From: Deltaproteobacteria bacterium
Lineage (GTDB): Archaea; Thermoplasmatota; Poseidoniia; Poseidoniales; Poseidoniaceae
Direction: 5' to 3'
NCBI GenBank assembly: GCA_028344335.1
Contig: JAOMAZ010000001.1
Location: 11,468-75,467 of the forward strand
Length of the DNA stretch: 64,000 nt
Shown here: positions 53,191-63,931 of the stretch, in pieces
How the letters are laid out: each line of letters begins with the position of its first letter
Position numbering within the stretch: position 1 is the stretch's first letter
Program-made: the position numbers and the translations under genes
The notes under the pieces: generated by a model
Database searches by the model: none
Seen by the model: only the letters and a program-made list of their open reading frames with translations
Told to the model about the DNA's origin: nothing

Positions 53191-56100
53191 ATGGGCTTGA
53201 CCATGGCAGGAGAGGCAGAAGATAGTTCACCAAAGGGTGACCAAAAGTCTGCTGCCAAGGCTAAAGACAGGCTTTCAAACTTAGTTGGGCATGGCAAACA
53301 GAAAGCTGGAATGCTTGGCTCACACATGGCTAAAAAAGTGAAAAACTTTGATCCTAAATCAGCCACACAAGCGGTGCTACATGCCCCAAATGCTTTGAAA
53401 AGGGAATACAAAAGAGGTGGCCCTTCAGGCGTCATAACCAAGTTCCCAGCCTTAACTATCGCCATCTTCCTATTCGGGACATTATTCTTTGTTTACCATA
53501 GCGGGTTCATGGATATTGATGAAGCAAATCCTCGGCCTTGGCAAATCAAAGGAGAACCAAGTCTCAACGTGAATGGTAGTCTTGATGTCTACTTGCCTGA
53601 AGGGGACCCTGTTGCAGATGCTATCAAAGAAGTGCAAAAGGATTGGTCGACCAATGTTTTGATTATCTACGTCGAATTAGAAGGTTCATCTAGTAATATA
53701 ACAGACAGAGGGATCCTTCTCGAAATAGACCGGCTCGAAAAGAAATTGAATTACCTGCAATCTGACCCAACCGATGATGTAGATTACATTCTCTCTCTAT
53801 CAACTGTAGTAAAGGAAGTTAATTCCAGTGCACCAAGAGTTGCCAAGGCCTTCATAGAAGAAGCAGGTGAACTTGGTTGTAATAATAATGATGATTGTTT
53901 GACGAGAGATGTGGCAGGCCAACTATCTGAACAAGTGAACGATTGGGAATGGTTACTTGGTGAGTACAGCATTCCAAACCAAGATAGAATTGGCCAAATA
54001 ATCGATCAGATGTATGATTGCTATGAAGAAGATGGAGTTGAAAAATGTGAACCAACTCCTGGACTTGACAAACTTGCCAGAGATACCGATGGCGATGGAA
54101 ACCTCGACAGAGCCGTCATCATTGTCGCGGTCAATGAGAGTATTCCAACCAATGTTTTGATCAAAGGGTACCGAGAAAACATCACAGCCCTCGCAGAAAC
54201 TCCAAGACCTTGTGACCCTGAAGACCCCGGAGGAGAGTCATGCACCTGGGCGCAACGTGGATTGAATATGTCATTAACTGGCCCAGTTCCAATCACCAAT
54301 GCAGTCACAGAATTCTCCTTCAAGTTATTCTGGCAGATCTTCCCTATCGCAGTTATTCTAGTCGCTTTGGGTCTTTTCGTATTCCATTCTGATTTGCTTC
54401 AAACTGGAAGTATTCGCGCAGTTCAAGGAATTAAGGTCATCATTATCGCTGGACTCCCTACCCTTTGTTCAGTATTCTGGACATTGGGGATAATCGGTTG
54501 GATGGGCTATGAGGTAACGATGACGGTCATTATTGTCGGACCTATTTTATTGGCATTAGGAGTATCTTATGGGTTGCACATTACTAATCGTTATGCTGAA
54601 GAAAGCGGTGACCCCTCAGAAAAGATGAGAATCGCCTTTGCTTCAACGGGGAAAGCCGTTTTCCTATCAGCGATAACTACTGTTATTGGGTTTATTTCAC
54701 TAACCTTCACACCAATGGCTCCGATTGCCACGGTAGGATGGGCATTGAGTGGCGGAATAATCGTAGTTTACTTCCTGACGATGATAATGGTCCCCAACCT
54801 GACCATTTTATTAGATTTAAAGAAGGCTAAACATCCACCATTACCGGTTTTTGATGCAGCGGTTGATATTCCATTGAAATGGAATGTACCCGTCATTGCT
54901 GTCTTCATACTTCTTATCGGATTATCAGGTACTTGGGGAATGGAAAATGTTGAGGAAAATATCGATCTTTTGGGAATGGCTCCCGAAGATGAGCCAGCGG
55001 TTAAAAAGATGAAACAATATAGCTCGGAATTCGAAGCAGGTCAAATTGGTATGCTCCTCATTGAGGGATATATCAAAGGAGATTCAGACGATAGTATTCC
55101 GGAAAACGATGATCCATTCAAAAATTTGCAGGGTATTGAGAACCTATCGGCAAAATTAAATCTCGTCGACCATACTACTGCAGTTAGTATTGTGTTCCTA
55201 ATGAAATCAGTTGGTGTGTCAGTTAATTTATCTGGAACAGACCTGCAAATACCTTGTGAATTACTTCCTGATGGAATCGACGAATTGTGTGAATTGATTA
55301 TTGGCAATGAAGTTGATGACGACCTAACATTCTGGCGTCTACTAGAAGATATCGATAAGAACCCAGCTCTCACCGAGAACTCCAAACAAAGGCAGCAAAT
55401 TTTCCTACTCAATGTATTCTACAATAGTCTAACCGATGAGACGAGATACCTATTCACTGAACCTAACTATGCCAAGTCATTAATTTACATAGATATGCCA
55501 TTTTTACCGGTAAAGGATACCGAAAAATCAGTTGTTGACATCAACCAACATGCATCGATGACTTATGCAGAAGGTAATGTCCGAAGTGGCGAACTAACTG
55601 GTGTTGCTGCTGTTGCAATAGCAGTCAATAACCTCATCGTTGATTCCCAATGGTCATCTCTTGCTTTCGCGGTCATCCTGACTTTGATTACCCTTGGAAT
55701 TGTGTTCAAGGATTTGCGGTTTGCCTTATGGACAACGTTGCCCGTAGTAGCGACAGTTGCGCTGCAATGGATGGTGATGGCATATCTCGAAGTTTCATTG
55801 TCATTAGTTACCGTTATGATCGGCTCAATTTTAGTCGGTGTTGGAGTAGATTTCTCAATACATATAGCTAACCGCATACGCGAATTGGGAGGAGGGATAG
55901 AAGCCATACGGACTGCAACAGTTTCTACTGGTATGTCATTATTCGAAGCCGCAACTGTCACTACATTAGGATTAGTAGCCGCTTACCAAATCCCTATTCC
56001 TGAAATTCAGCCATTCGTAACTGTAGTCATAGTGCTATTGTGGATTGCCGCTGCCAGCGCATTATTACTATTACCTGCAATTTTCGTCACTCTCGAAAAA

Positions 56101-56232
56101 TTAGGTATGGGGAGTACTGGTGGAGCCGAAGCGATGATGAGAAAACTAGGATTGACAGGTTCACAAGTTGCAGCTCGCGATGGCTCAATAGATGCAGTTG
56201 TTGTGATGGATGATGTTGAGGATGCCTGGTGA
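53191..56232 (+). CDS. RND-superfamily exporter (MMPL-like, 12 TM in two bundles with large extracytoplasmic domains).
   Basis: Two hydrophobic 6-TM blocks, at roughly aa 370-540 and 800-970, each follow a large hydrophilic domain. The architecture is typical of MMPL/RND exporters. Confidence 0.7.
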   Translation: MGLTMAGEAEDSSPKGDQKSAAKAKDRLSNLVGHGKQKAGMLGSHMAKKVKNFDPKSATQAVLHAPNALKREYKRGGPSGVITKFPALTIAIFLFGTLFFVYHSGFMDIDEANPRPWQIKGEPSLNVNGSLDVYLPEGDPVADAIKEVQKDWSTNVLIIYVELEGSSSNITDRGILLEIDRLEKKLNYLQSDPTDDVDYILSLSTVVKEVNSSAPRVAKAFIEEAGELGCNNNDDCLTRDVAGQLSEQVNDWEWLLGEYSIPNQDRIGQIIDQMYDCYEEDGVEKCEPTPGLDKLARDTDGDGNLDRAVIIVAVNESIPTNVLIKGYRENITALAETPRPCDPEDPGGESCTWAQRGLNMSLTGPVPITNAVTEFSFKLFWQIFPIAVILVALGLFVFHSDLLQTGSIRAVQGIKVIIIAGLPTLCSVFWTLGIIGWMGYEVTMTVIIVGPILLALGVSYGLHITNRYAEESGDPSEKMRIAFASTGKAVFLSAITTVIGFISLTFTPMAPIATVGWALSGGIIVVYFLTMIMVPNLTILLDLKKAKHPPLPVFDAAVDIPLKWNVPVIAVFILLIGLSGTWGMENVEENIDLLGMAPEDEPAVKKMKQYSSEFEAGQIGMLLIEGYIKGDSDDSIPENDDPFKNLQGIENLSAKLNLVDHTTAVSIVFLMKSVGVSVNLSGTDLQIPCELLPDGIDELCELIIGNEVDDDLTFWRLLEDIDKNPALTENSKQRQQIFLLNVFYNSLTDETRYLFTEPNYAKSLIYIDMPFLPVKDTEKSVVDINQHASMTYAEGNVRSGELTGVAAVAIAVNNLIVDSQWSSLAFAVILTLITLGIVFKDLRFALWTTLPVVATVALQWMVMAYLEVSLSLVTVMIGSILVGVGVDFSIHIANRIRELGGGIEAIRTATVSTGMSLFEAATVTTLGLVAAYQIPIPEIQPFVTVVIVLLWIAAASALLLLPAIFVTLEKLGMGSTGGAEAMMRKLGLTGSQVAARDGSIDAVVVMDDVEDAW

Positions 56233-56396
56233 GAAATCTCCTTGAGAGCAATAAAAACGTTGATTTCAAACTCGAACCTCGTAAAACATCACAGCCGTCC
56301 AAACTACGGGTGAATGATTCATGCTAACAAAATCAAAAATTGAAGTGGATTGCTCATACTGAAAACCCTCATACCACCAATGCCCCTCCACTCTCC

Positions 56397-56873
56397 ATGA
56401 CCAAACACTGGCTCATGAAATCCGAGCCCAATGCTTACCATTGGAATCAACTCCTAAAAGACAAAACCACTCACTGGGATGGAGTCAGAAATTATCAGGC
56501 AAGAAACACCATGAGAGACCTAATGAAAATAGGTGATCTCGTACTATTTTATCACTCCAACTGCAAACCACCCCACATAGCAGGCATTGCCAAGGTCTGC
56601 AAAGAAGGATACCCAGACCACACTTCTTGGGACCCTGATTCCCATTACTTCGATGAAAAATCTTCGCCCGAAAACCCTCGCTGGATGATGGTTGACATCG
56701 AAGCAATTCAATCTATGGAAACTATTGTTGACTTGCCTCAAATGAAAGGAGACCCATCTCTAGAAGGAATGCCATTATTGGCTAAAGGGCAACGCCTTTC
56801 AGTACAGCCAGTATCACCTGAGCACTTTCAACGAGTTTGCCAACTTGGTGGTTTGGAGGAATTATTGTGGTAA
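56397..56873 (+). CDS. EVE (PUA-like) domain protein.
   Basis: HWLMKSEPNAY...WDGVRNYQARNTMRDLMKIGDLVLFYHSN...IAGIAKVCKEGYPD matches the EVE/thymocyte-nuclear-protein-1 pattern. The start is trimmed from track ORF 56340. Confidence 0.75.
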   Translation: MTKHWLMKSEPNAYHWNQLLKDKTTHWDGVRNYQARNTMRDLMKIGDLVLFYHSNCKPPHIAGIAKVCKEGYPDHTSWDPDSHYFDEKSSPENPRWMMVDIEAIQSMETIVDLPQMKGDPSLEGMPLLAKGQRLSVQPVSPEHFQRVCQLGGLEELLW

Positions 56874-58075
56874 AGCAAATTCCTGTATCCAAGAGGGCAT
56901 CTCAAATTGAATATGCAATTCGTGATGTTGTTGTTCCAGCAACTGCTTTAGAAGCAGAAGGCCATGAAATAATAAAACTCAATATCGGTGATCCAATTGC
57001 CTATCCTGGCCTGCCCACGCCAAGTCATATGGTCGAGGCATTTCAAGCTGCACTCGGCAGAGGAGAAAATGGCTATTCTCCATCATATGGTTTGCCAGCA
57101 TTACGCTCAGCAATCGCAGAAGATGAAATATCAAAGGGGTGGGCATGTAATCCCGAAGATGTCTATGTTTGCCATGGTGTTACTGAGGCACTACAAATTA
57201 TATTTGCAGCAACTCTTGAAAGTGGAAATAAAGTTCTAGCACCAGGCCCACATTACCCCCCATACATGGCATATCCACAAATGTATGATGCTTCCACAAT
57301 TGAATACCGACTTGATGCCGATGATGGCTGGAAAGTTGATTTTGATGATATCGAAAAGAAAATGGATGATAATGTCCGATTACTTGTCATGATTAATCCA
57401 AATAATCCAACCGGAAATGTTGCTTCAGCAGATGAAATCGACAGACTTCTTGATATTGCAAAAAAGTGGCCAAATTGCATGATTATTGCAGATGAAATCT
57501 ATGATGGATTAGATTTTACAGACACTCAAGTCAGTATTGCAAGCAGAAGTTTTGAGGTACCAGTTTTGGTATTGAATGGAGTCAGCAAAGTCTACTATGC
57601 ACCAGGATGGAGAATAGGCTATTTAGCCATACATGATCCTACCTCAAAAATGAACGATGTTAGGGATGGAATAGAAAGAATACTTCGCAGCCGTCTTTGC
57701 GCTTCTACTCCTGCCCAAATGGGATACATTGCGGGCCTAAAGGGAGATCGGAGGTGGATGGATAACCACACTTCTAAAGTGATGAAACAAAGAGAATTAT
57801 GCCTTCAGAGAATTTCTGAAATTGAAGGCTTAGAAGTACAATCTCCTGGTGGCGCATTTTACATGTTCGTGAGGTTGACAGATGAAAAGTGGGCAAATGA
57901 CGATAAAAAATTCGTTCTTGATTTACTACATGAAGAACATGTGCTTGCCGTACACGGAAGTGGTTTTTCAAGTGAATTAGGCAAGGGGCACTTCAGAATT
58001 GTTTATCTTCCAAACATTGATACACTTAACATTGCATTCGATAGAATCGACTCATTCTTAACTCGCCACAGATAG
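56837..58075 (+). CDS. PLP-dependent aminotransferase, class I (aspartate/alanine aminotransferase family).
   Basis: LNIGDPIAYPGLPTP, NPNNPTGNV and the region around SKVYYAPGWRIGY (conserved PLP-Lys context). The start may be GTG 56867, 7 nt before the EVE stop. Confidence 0.8.
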   Translation: MPTWWFGGIIVVKQIPVSKRASQIEYAIRDVVVPATALEAEGHEIIKLNIGDPIAYPGLPTPSHMVEAFQAALGRGENGYSPSYGLPALRSAIAEDEISKGWACNPEDVYVCHGVTEALQIIFAATLESGNKVLAPGPHYPPYMAYPQMYDASTIEYRLDADDGWKVDFDDIEKKMDDNVRLLVMINPNNPTGNVASADEIDRLLDIAKKWPNCMIIADEIYDGLDFTDTQVSIASRSFEVPVLVLNGVSKVYYAPGWRIGYLAIHDPTSKMNDVRDGIERILRSRLCASTPAQMGYIAGLKGDRRWMDNHTSKVMKQRELCLQRISEIEGLEVQSPGGAFYMFVRLTDEKWANDDKKFVLDLLHEEHVLAVHGSGFSSELGKGHFRIVYLPNIDTLNIAFDRIDSFLTRHR

Positions 58076-58108
58076 TAAGGAATTAGTCTTTGTAACCATG
58101 ACTTTGAT

Positions 58109-61100
58109 GTGCCCTTAGGTCTTGGGAAGGGCATGGGCGTATACGAAGCCGTAGGCTTCGCACACACGAGGAAGGTGATTTTCCCCCTTTTATTGGTTCT
58201 TTCTTTACTCCTTTCTTTGCCTTTAGTAAGTGCACAAGATGAAGTTGAAGAAGAAAATGAAGGTGCTGAAGTTATTGACCAAGGCGCTCTCAAATTTGAG
58301 CATTTTTATCCCCTTATTTTGATGCTAGTTTTAGCATTTATTGTATGGCGATATATGGTCCCAAGTGCCCTTTCATCACTCCAAGTCGCCTTTGAAATAG
58401 ACGATGGTCTGATGGAGGTACATAGGCTAACGAGTAGCCGAGAAGATGCAAGGAGTTTGTTGAAACTTCCATCTGTTGGAATTGGGATTTTAGCTTATAT
58501 GATGGCGATTTCAGGGGTTTTATTGCTTATTGCGGAACTTATTTTCAATCCAGTGGTTTACTTAGAACTAAATGTGTGGATTATGTTTGTATTGATTCTC
58601 ATACCAGTCCTTGTCTCTCCACTAATCACGATGAACGCACAATTACAGCAATTAGGAAGTAGCGGTACAAAGAAGAAAAAACCACTTCAAGCACTTTTGA
58701 AAAGGCTGGCCACACTTTCAATTCTTCTTGCAGCAACAGGAGCCGTGTTTTGGTATAGTATACAATTGAATGGAATGGTTACCCCTGTTTGGTTTATTTA
58801 TGGACTGTTGGTTTTCATGGGACCTACAATATTGGCTTATGGTCGAATCATGGGCGCATCATGGAATATGTTGATGCTTTCAAAAATGCGAACGATATTG
58901 AAGAAAGAGACTCCTATCGACCCAGACCCCCCTACCTTTGGCAAACAGGTTAGCTCCATTCTCCTTCTTTTCTTCCTTCTAACTATGCCAATTGCTGCAT
59001 TAAACGGAATAATTACGGTACTTTATGTGATGCTTGATGAACCTGCGAATGCCGAGGATATCTTGAACTTCGGAGGAATTATCGGGCATTCACTCTATAC
59101 ATGGGCGATTCAAGATGGTGCTGTGCAAGAAGTACTCCGCCAGTGGGTAGATGTCAAAGATATGGCTGGGTTCTTAGCGATTTATCTCTCACTTAATGTT
59201 GCAATTGTTGGCCTTGCTTTCATTTTTGAATTAACTGGCAACCTTTTCCTTGGAGGTCAAGCGTTTGGAGGAATTGGCGGAGTGTTACTGGCTTCACCGC
59301 GTGAAATAAGGTCCGAAGAGCCATCACAATCAAAGATTCTTTACTTCGCATTCGCTGGTTTTAGCGGTTATACTGTGATGTTGCTGATTATGATTTGTTA
59401 CAAAGAATTCAGCCATTTCATGCCCTTTACTGGCTGGATGAGTAACAAAGGATTCGGTGAAGAAGTAATTCTCACTGGAACTTGGCTGTTCATAGCAGTC
59501 GGTCAAGCAATATTTTTGTTAACTTGGATTTTATCAATCGTGAGGTTTGGCTCCTTGAAAAGACTTCAATTCGACCTCAACCCCGAACAGAGGCGTGAAG
59601 GTGCCATCATGACTGGTGGTGGAACCGGTCTGACTGAATATGTAGACAAGGCAGCCGGGCGAGATGATGTTGATGCCTTGAGGAGATTCCAAAGAGATAA
59701 ATTTCAGGGGGTTGATGAATCTATAGTTAGGTTGGAAAAGCTTCGTGCCTCAATGCTTGAAAAAGCGTTGCGGGGCTTATGGCCATTGGCTTTGGAAGAA
59801 GCAAGAAAGGTATTGGCAGTTCAGGGTGGTGAGGATGATGAAGCAAGGATGCTGATGGCAGTAGGTCATATTGCATGCAGAAGATTGGATGCTGCACGTG
59901 AAGCGTTGCATGGCCTTGAACAAGCAGATGGTTATGATGAGCCAGAATTAATTAGTTTCATGATCGAGTGGTTGGACCCGTGGAATGGCAATGTTTCAGA
60001 AGATGACATTTGGGATTGGGAAAATAATCCGACCATGGATCACGTTAAATTCCTTAATCAGCGCTTTAGAACTTGGAAGGCTGACGAAGATGAAATGAGC
60101 GCTCATAGCGACCGCCTAACTTCTGTTGGCGATCTTGGGACTATTGCCATTCTAAGAGCCCAAAACCGTTCAGAACAGGCAATTGATATAGCTGTTGAAT
60201 TGATAAAACGAGACCCATTATCAGCACGAGCAAGAATTGCAGTAGCCCTTTGCCTCCTAGATATTGGAGATTGGCACGGGGCCCGAGACATTACTACTGA
60301 ATTACTAGAAAGCGATACCCTTGACCCGCGTGTCCAAGGCTTAGCATTGGCAATGGGTATGCAAAACAAAGATATTGACGAGATGGAAGTGCGTTTAATC
60401 GAAGGAGATCAGATGGAAGGAAGGAGATGGATTGATGCTGCACCTTGCAATCCCACTGCTGCCTTATTGGTCAAGGGAGGGGGGGACGAAGCCGTCAACG
60501 CCAATGTCTTCATTGCGGCTGGAGAAGCAGTAAAAAATAAAGTCACTCCGAGGTTTAAAGCAAGCAAATTATGGGTGGCATTCACTTGGTTGGTGATGAT
60601 GCCTACATGGGCAATGATTGGAATATTTGCTGCTGAGAAAGTAGGCAATACCGCAGGAATGGCCCTTGGAATAAGCATCATTACCCTCCATATATTTGGA
60701 ATAAGATTCGCGAGTAATGCTAGAAAGGACATTAAATTCCGGGACCAAAAGGGTATGATTAGTTATGCCCGCCGCCTTAAGCGGAATGGCGTTAAACTAG
60801 AGTCTGATAATGTTCCTGTGGCAAATCACCTTTTGCTTAATGGTCTGTTAATGACGGTAAATGGAAATGTATACGATGTTGGATACCCCGCATGGATGTT
60901 CTTACGCTTCGAGGTTGAGAAAGAAAAATTGGTGAAAAACAGAATTTCCCGAGCAGCAAAGAAAATGCGCAAGGGTACCAAACCTAGAACTCAACGCTTA
61001 GGTAAGGGATGGTGGTTGAAGCATGAGCGAGAGCGAGGAAGAGACTTACCAGTGCTTGAAGAAATAATTGGACCCCCTGCATACCGAGGTAGGGCACAAC

Positions 61101-61297
61101 ATATTGCAATGAAAAAGGGTGGAATGAAGGGTTCAAATATTCTAAAGAAAAAGACATCGGGCAGGAGATCGGTTGCTAACAGAGATATGTCTAATCGAGG
61201 GGTCCCTCAGAATACTAGACGCTCTGAACGCACACCGGCAAGACGTCCCGCACAGAGAGGTCAAGAAAGCAGTAATGATGGTTTCGATTTCAGTTGA
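58109..61297 (+). CDS. Large polytopic membrane protein with a central TPR-like cytoplasmic domain and an Arg/Lys-rich C-terminal tail. Hypothetical.
   Basis: At least 10 predicted TM helices in the first roughly 480 aa. A helical repeat domain spans about aa 520-760, followed by two more hydrophobic helices. The last 130 aa are highly basic (KKMRKGTKPRTQRLGKGWW...RRSERTPARRPAQRGQ). Confidence 0.55.
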   Translation: MPLGLGKGMGVYEAVGFAHTRKVIFPLLLVLSLLLSLPLVSAQDEVEEENEGAEVIDQGALKFEHFYPLILMLVLAFIVWRYMVPSALSSLQVAFEIDDGLMEVHRLTSSREDARSLLKLPSVGIGILAYMMAISGVLLLIAELIFNPVVYLELNVWIMFVLILIPVLVSPLITMNAQLQQLGSSGTKKKKPLQALLKRLATLSILLAATGAVFWYSIQLNGMVTPVWFIYGLLVFMGPTILAYGRIMGASWNMLMLSKMRTILKKETPIDPDPPTFGKQVSSILLLFFLLTMPIAALNGIITVLYVMLDEPANAEDILNFGGIIGHSLYTWAIQDGAVQEVLRQWVDVKDMAGFLAIYLSLNVAIVGLAFIFELTGNLFLGGQAFGGIGGVLLASPREIRSEEPSQSKILYFAFAGFSGYTVMLLIMICYKEFSHFMPFTGWMSNKGFGEEVILTGTWLFIAVGQAIFLLTWILSIVRFGSLKRLQFDLNPEQRREGAIMTGGGTGLTEYVDKAAGRDDVDALRRFQRDKFQGVDESIVRLEKLRASMLEKALRGLWPLALEEARKVLAVQGGEDDEARMLMAVGHIACRRLDAAREALHGLEQADGYDEPELISFMIEWLDPWNGNVSEDDIWDWENNPTMDHVKFLNQRFRTWKADEDEMSAHSDRLTSVGDLGTIAILRAQNRSEQAIDIAVELIKRDPLSARARIAVALCLLDIGDWHGARDITTELLESDTLDPRVQGLALAMGMQNKDIDEMEVRLIEGDQMEGRRWIDAAPCNPTAALLVKGGGDEAVNANVFIAAGEAVKNKVTPRFKASKLWVAFTWLVMMPTWAMIGIFAAEKVGNTAGMALGISIITLHIFGIRFASNARKDIKFRDQKGMISYARRLKRNGVKLESDNVPVANHLLLNGLLMTVNGNVYDVGYPAWMFLRFEVEKEKLVKNRISRAAKKMRKGTKPRTQRLGKGWWLKHERERGRDLPVLEEIIGPPAYRGRAQHIAMKKGGMKGSNILKKKTSGRRSVANRDMSNRGVPQNTRRSERTPARRPAQRGQESSNDGFDFS

Positions 61298-62708
61298 ATG
61301 GACTGAATTTTGGAGCATCATAGGCTGAGGATTCAGTAGGCCAGCAATAATGAATTCGGTTGAATTGTTCTTTTAATATCCGTGCTCTTTGACGAACTTC
61401 ACTATCACTCTCTCCCACGGCGGATAAATGAATCAGTTCTGCAACTTCATCCATCTCATCCTCTTTCATTCCTAAACGTGTCATTTCAGGACTGCCTATT
61501 CTAATACCAGATGGGTTGATTGCAGAAGTGTCACCAGGTAGCATGTTCTTATTCATAACTAAACCACAAGATTCTGCCCGCAAACTGACTTCTGCACCTC
61601 CTCCAAATCCAGAGACATCAACTAGTAAAGTGTGACTTTCAGTAAAGCCTTGGTCAGCGGCAAAAACTTTCATTCCACGATTCCATAATGATTCCCCGAG
61701 TGCCTTGGCATTAGATATCATCTGCTTGGCATAGTCGACTTGGAATTCTTGGGCTTCTGCAAGTGACACACCTAAAGCAGCGACATTATGAAGGTGATGG
61801 TTCGAATGAACTCCGGGGAAAACAGAACTTCTAATGGCTCTATGTAAACGCTTTCCATTGTTTAATTCTCGGTCCTCATTTGCTAAAATAATCCCATGCT
61901 GAGGACCAGCGAATGTCTTGTGAGTAGAAGCACATAGTAGGTCTACACCATCTCCAATTGGGTCTTGAAAACAACCACCTCCGATTAATCCTAGAACGTG
62001 AGCAGCATCGTACATGATAGTTGCATTTACTTCTCTAGCAGCTTCAATTATTGAATCAAGTTCAACGGGGAATAAAAATACTGATTGGCCAACATAACAC
62101 ACATTTGGTTTCTCCCTGCCTATCATTTCCACTGCCAATTGTGTATCGATAGACATGGTCTCAGGAATTGATGGATAAGTCATTGTTTGAAGACCGCGCA
62201 AACCAGCAGCCCCGAATCTTTGAGTCGAGATATGAGCGCCTGCTGCCAATTCTGGAGCCATGAAAACGTCCCCAGGTTTTGAAATTGCGAATAATGCTGA
62301 AATATTAGCAGAAGTACCAGATACGGGTCGAACATCGGCAAAGGGAGACTTGAATAATCTCTTTGCTAAATCCTCAACATGGGTTTCAATCGGATCATAA
62401 TCCGCATTACCCTCATAATACCTTGATCCAGGGAGACCTTCTGCGTAACGATTGTGAAGGTCGCTACAAAACATTTCTGCTGCTCTTGGACTTACTAGAT
62501 TCTCACTGGCAATCAGTGGAATACTTTTCTCAAACCTTCGATGATGTTGCATCACTTGGTTTTGTAGCCAATGTAATGAGGCGGAAGGCTCAGCATTAGA
62601 AGGAGGAAAGGCTGGTGGTTCAGGAAATGGCACATCACCCATGAACATGCCTTCTTCAGACGGTGTATGAGCATAATGGTCGAGTACACTCAGAATCAAA
62701 GATGTCAA
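61290..62708 (-). CDS. glyA: Serine hydroxymethyltransferase.
   Basis: PLIASENLVSPRAAEM and CASTHKTFAGPQHGIIL (PLP-Lys in THKT). There is an N-terminal extension of about 40 aa, so the true start may be at an internal Met near 62648. Confidence 0.85.
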   Translation of the reverse strand: MTSLILSVLDHYAHTPSEEGMFMGDVPFPEPPAFPPSNAEPSASLHWLQNQVMQHHRRFEKSIPLIASENLVSPRAAEMFCSDLHNRYAEGLPGSRYYEGNADYDPIETHVEDLAKRLFKSPFADVRPVSGTSANISALFAISKPGDVFMAPELAAGAHISTQRFGAAGLRGLQTMTYPSIPETMSIDTQLAVEMIGREKPNVCYVGQSVFLFPVELDSIIEAAREVNATIMYDAAHVLGLIGGGCFQDPIGDGVDLLCASTHKTFAGPQHGIILANEDRELNNGKRLHRAIRSSVFPGVHSNHHLHNVAALGVSLAEAQEFQVDYAKQMISNAKALGESLWNRGMKVFAADQGFTESHTLLVDVSGFGGGAEVSLRAESCGLVMNKNMLPGDTSAINPSGIRIGSPEMTRLGMKEDEMDEVAELIHLSAVGESDSEVRQRARILKEQFNRIHYCWPTESSAYDAPKFSPFN

Positions 62709-62721
62709 GGACTACAACGAG

Positions 62722-63801
62722 ATGGCTCATTACATGCCAATCATCGATGCCCCAGATTCAATCCATGATTCTGCGATGAGCCAACGGTTAGCAATGCGTT
62801 TTTCCTTACAATCAGGATTATATAATGAAATATCTCAAACCGGTTCAATTCATTTGATTCAATCCGTCGATGGATTTCTTGATTGGTTCAATCTAATCGA
62901 AGAACTTGCTCAAAAACCCCTAGGGCGCCGTTTGGCACATGCTGCTGCAGATCACGAAACTCTTCACTTGATTAACCGTACTGTACCTCCACCAAGAGGG
63001 TTTTTTAGCAAGAAAAAGCGTTTGAATTGGCTTCTTGAAGATTGGCAAGAGAGAGGCATAGGAAGCCTAAGGGAACTTTCTGAAGGGAATATTCAGGTAA
63101 GTGAACAAGTCCAATCTGCAATGGCAGGAGGTCAGGCTGCAGGAGCATGGGAATTCTTGACATCTAAGCGTTATCGATTTCGCTGGGAACAAGTTGATGC
63201 ATCCAAAACCAATATTATTCTCGACCATGACCCTAGAATTTCTCAACCTCCAAGGAAAGTCATGCCTATTTGGAAGGAAAAAAACTCACAAAGTATTGGG
63301 AAGTTTGTTGATGTAGATACTCATCCCAATGGTTGGCAATTTAGAGGAAATCGCTCATTTTTACTTGGAAGAGACCTGTTGCTTCGGTTTGAGGATGAAA
63401 TACTCCCTCATATAGAGATAAAATTTGATGATGGATTAGTTGTTTTTAATGGACTTGATGATTCATCAAGGGAAGTGGTTTGGAACATATTTACACGCGG
63501 TCAAATGCAATCCTACCTAATAGGAGACGACCATGTTTTGATTGATGAAGTTGAACGCTGGAAAGAAATTGTAGATTTTAGACTAACACCAACTGGAATG
63601 GGGGAACTAAAAGAGGTGGATGGATTTGATCAACATGGCGGTGTTAAATTTACCTTTGAACAGGTCTATCATCCTGCTTTTGTACTTGGAATGCTAATGG
63701 GTTTTTGGCAACGTGCATATGGTAGAGATTGTAGAGGAGAGTGGGTCAACGAAGGGGATAATCATGTATTCATTATCTGTGGCCGACATATCTTGGCTTG
63801 A
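62722..63801 (+). CDS. Hypothetical 359-aa soluble protein.
   Basis: Clean ORF with no recognisable motif. It is divergent from glyA. Confidence 0.4.
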   Translation: MAHYMPIIDAPDSIHDSAMSQRLAMRFSLQSGLYNEISQTGSIHLIQSVDGFLDWFNLIEELAQKPLGRRLAHAAADHETLHLINRTVPPPRGFFSKKKRLNWLLEDWQERGIGSLRELSEGNIQVSEQVQSAMAGGQAAGAWEFLTSKRYRFRWEQVDASKTNIILDHDPRISQPPRKVMPIWKEKNSQSIGKFVDVDTHPNGWQFRGNRSFLLGRDLLLRFEDEILPHIEIKFDDGLVVFNGLDDSSREVVWNIFTRGQMQSYLIGDDHVLIDEVERWKEIVDFRLTPTGMGELKEVDGFDQHGGVKFTFEQVYHPAFVLGMLMGFWQRAYGRDCRGEWVNEGDNHVFIICGRHILA

Positions 63802-63931
63802 AACTTGATGCAACGTCTGAAAAGGGTACTGCGAGACATAACTAAGTGTCCAACTACCCATAGGGTTTATTGATGAAACAGGGCTCGCCGAAAGCACTGC
63901 TCATGACCATGTCATGAAAGGGGGACAAAAG

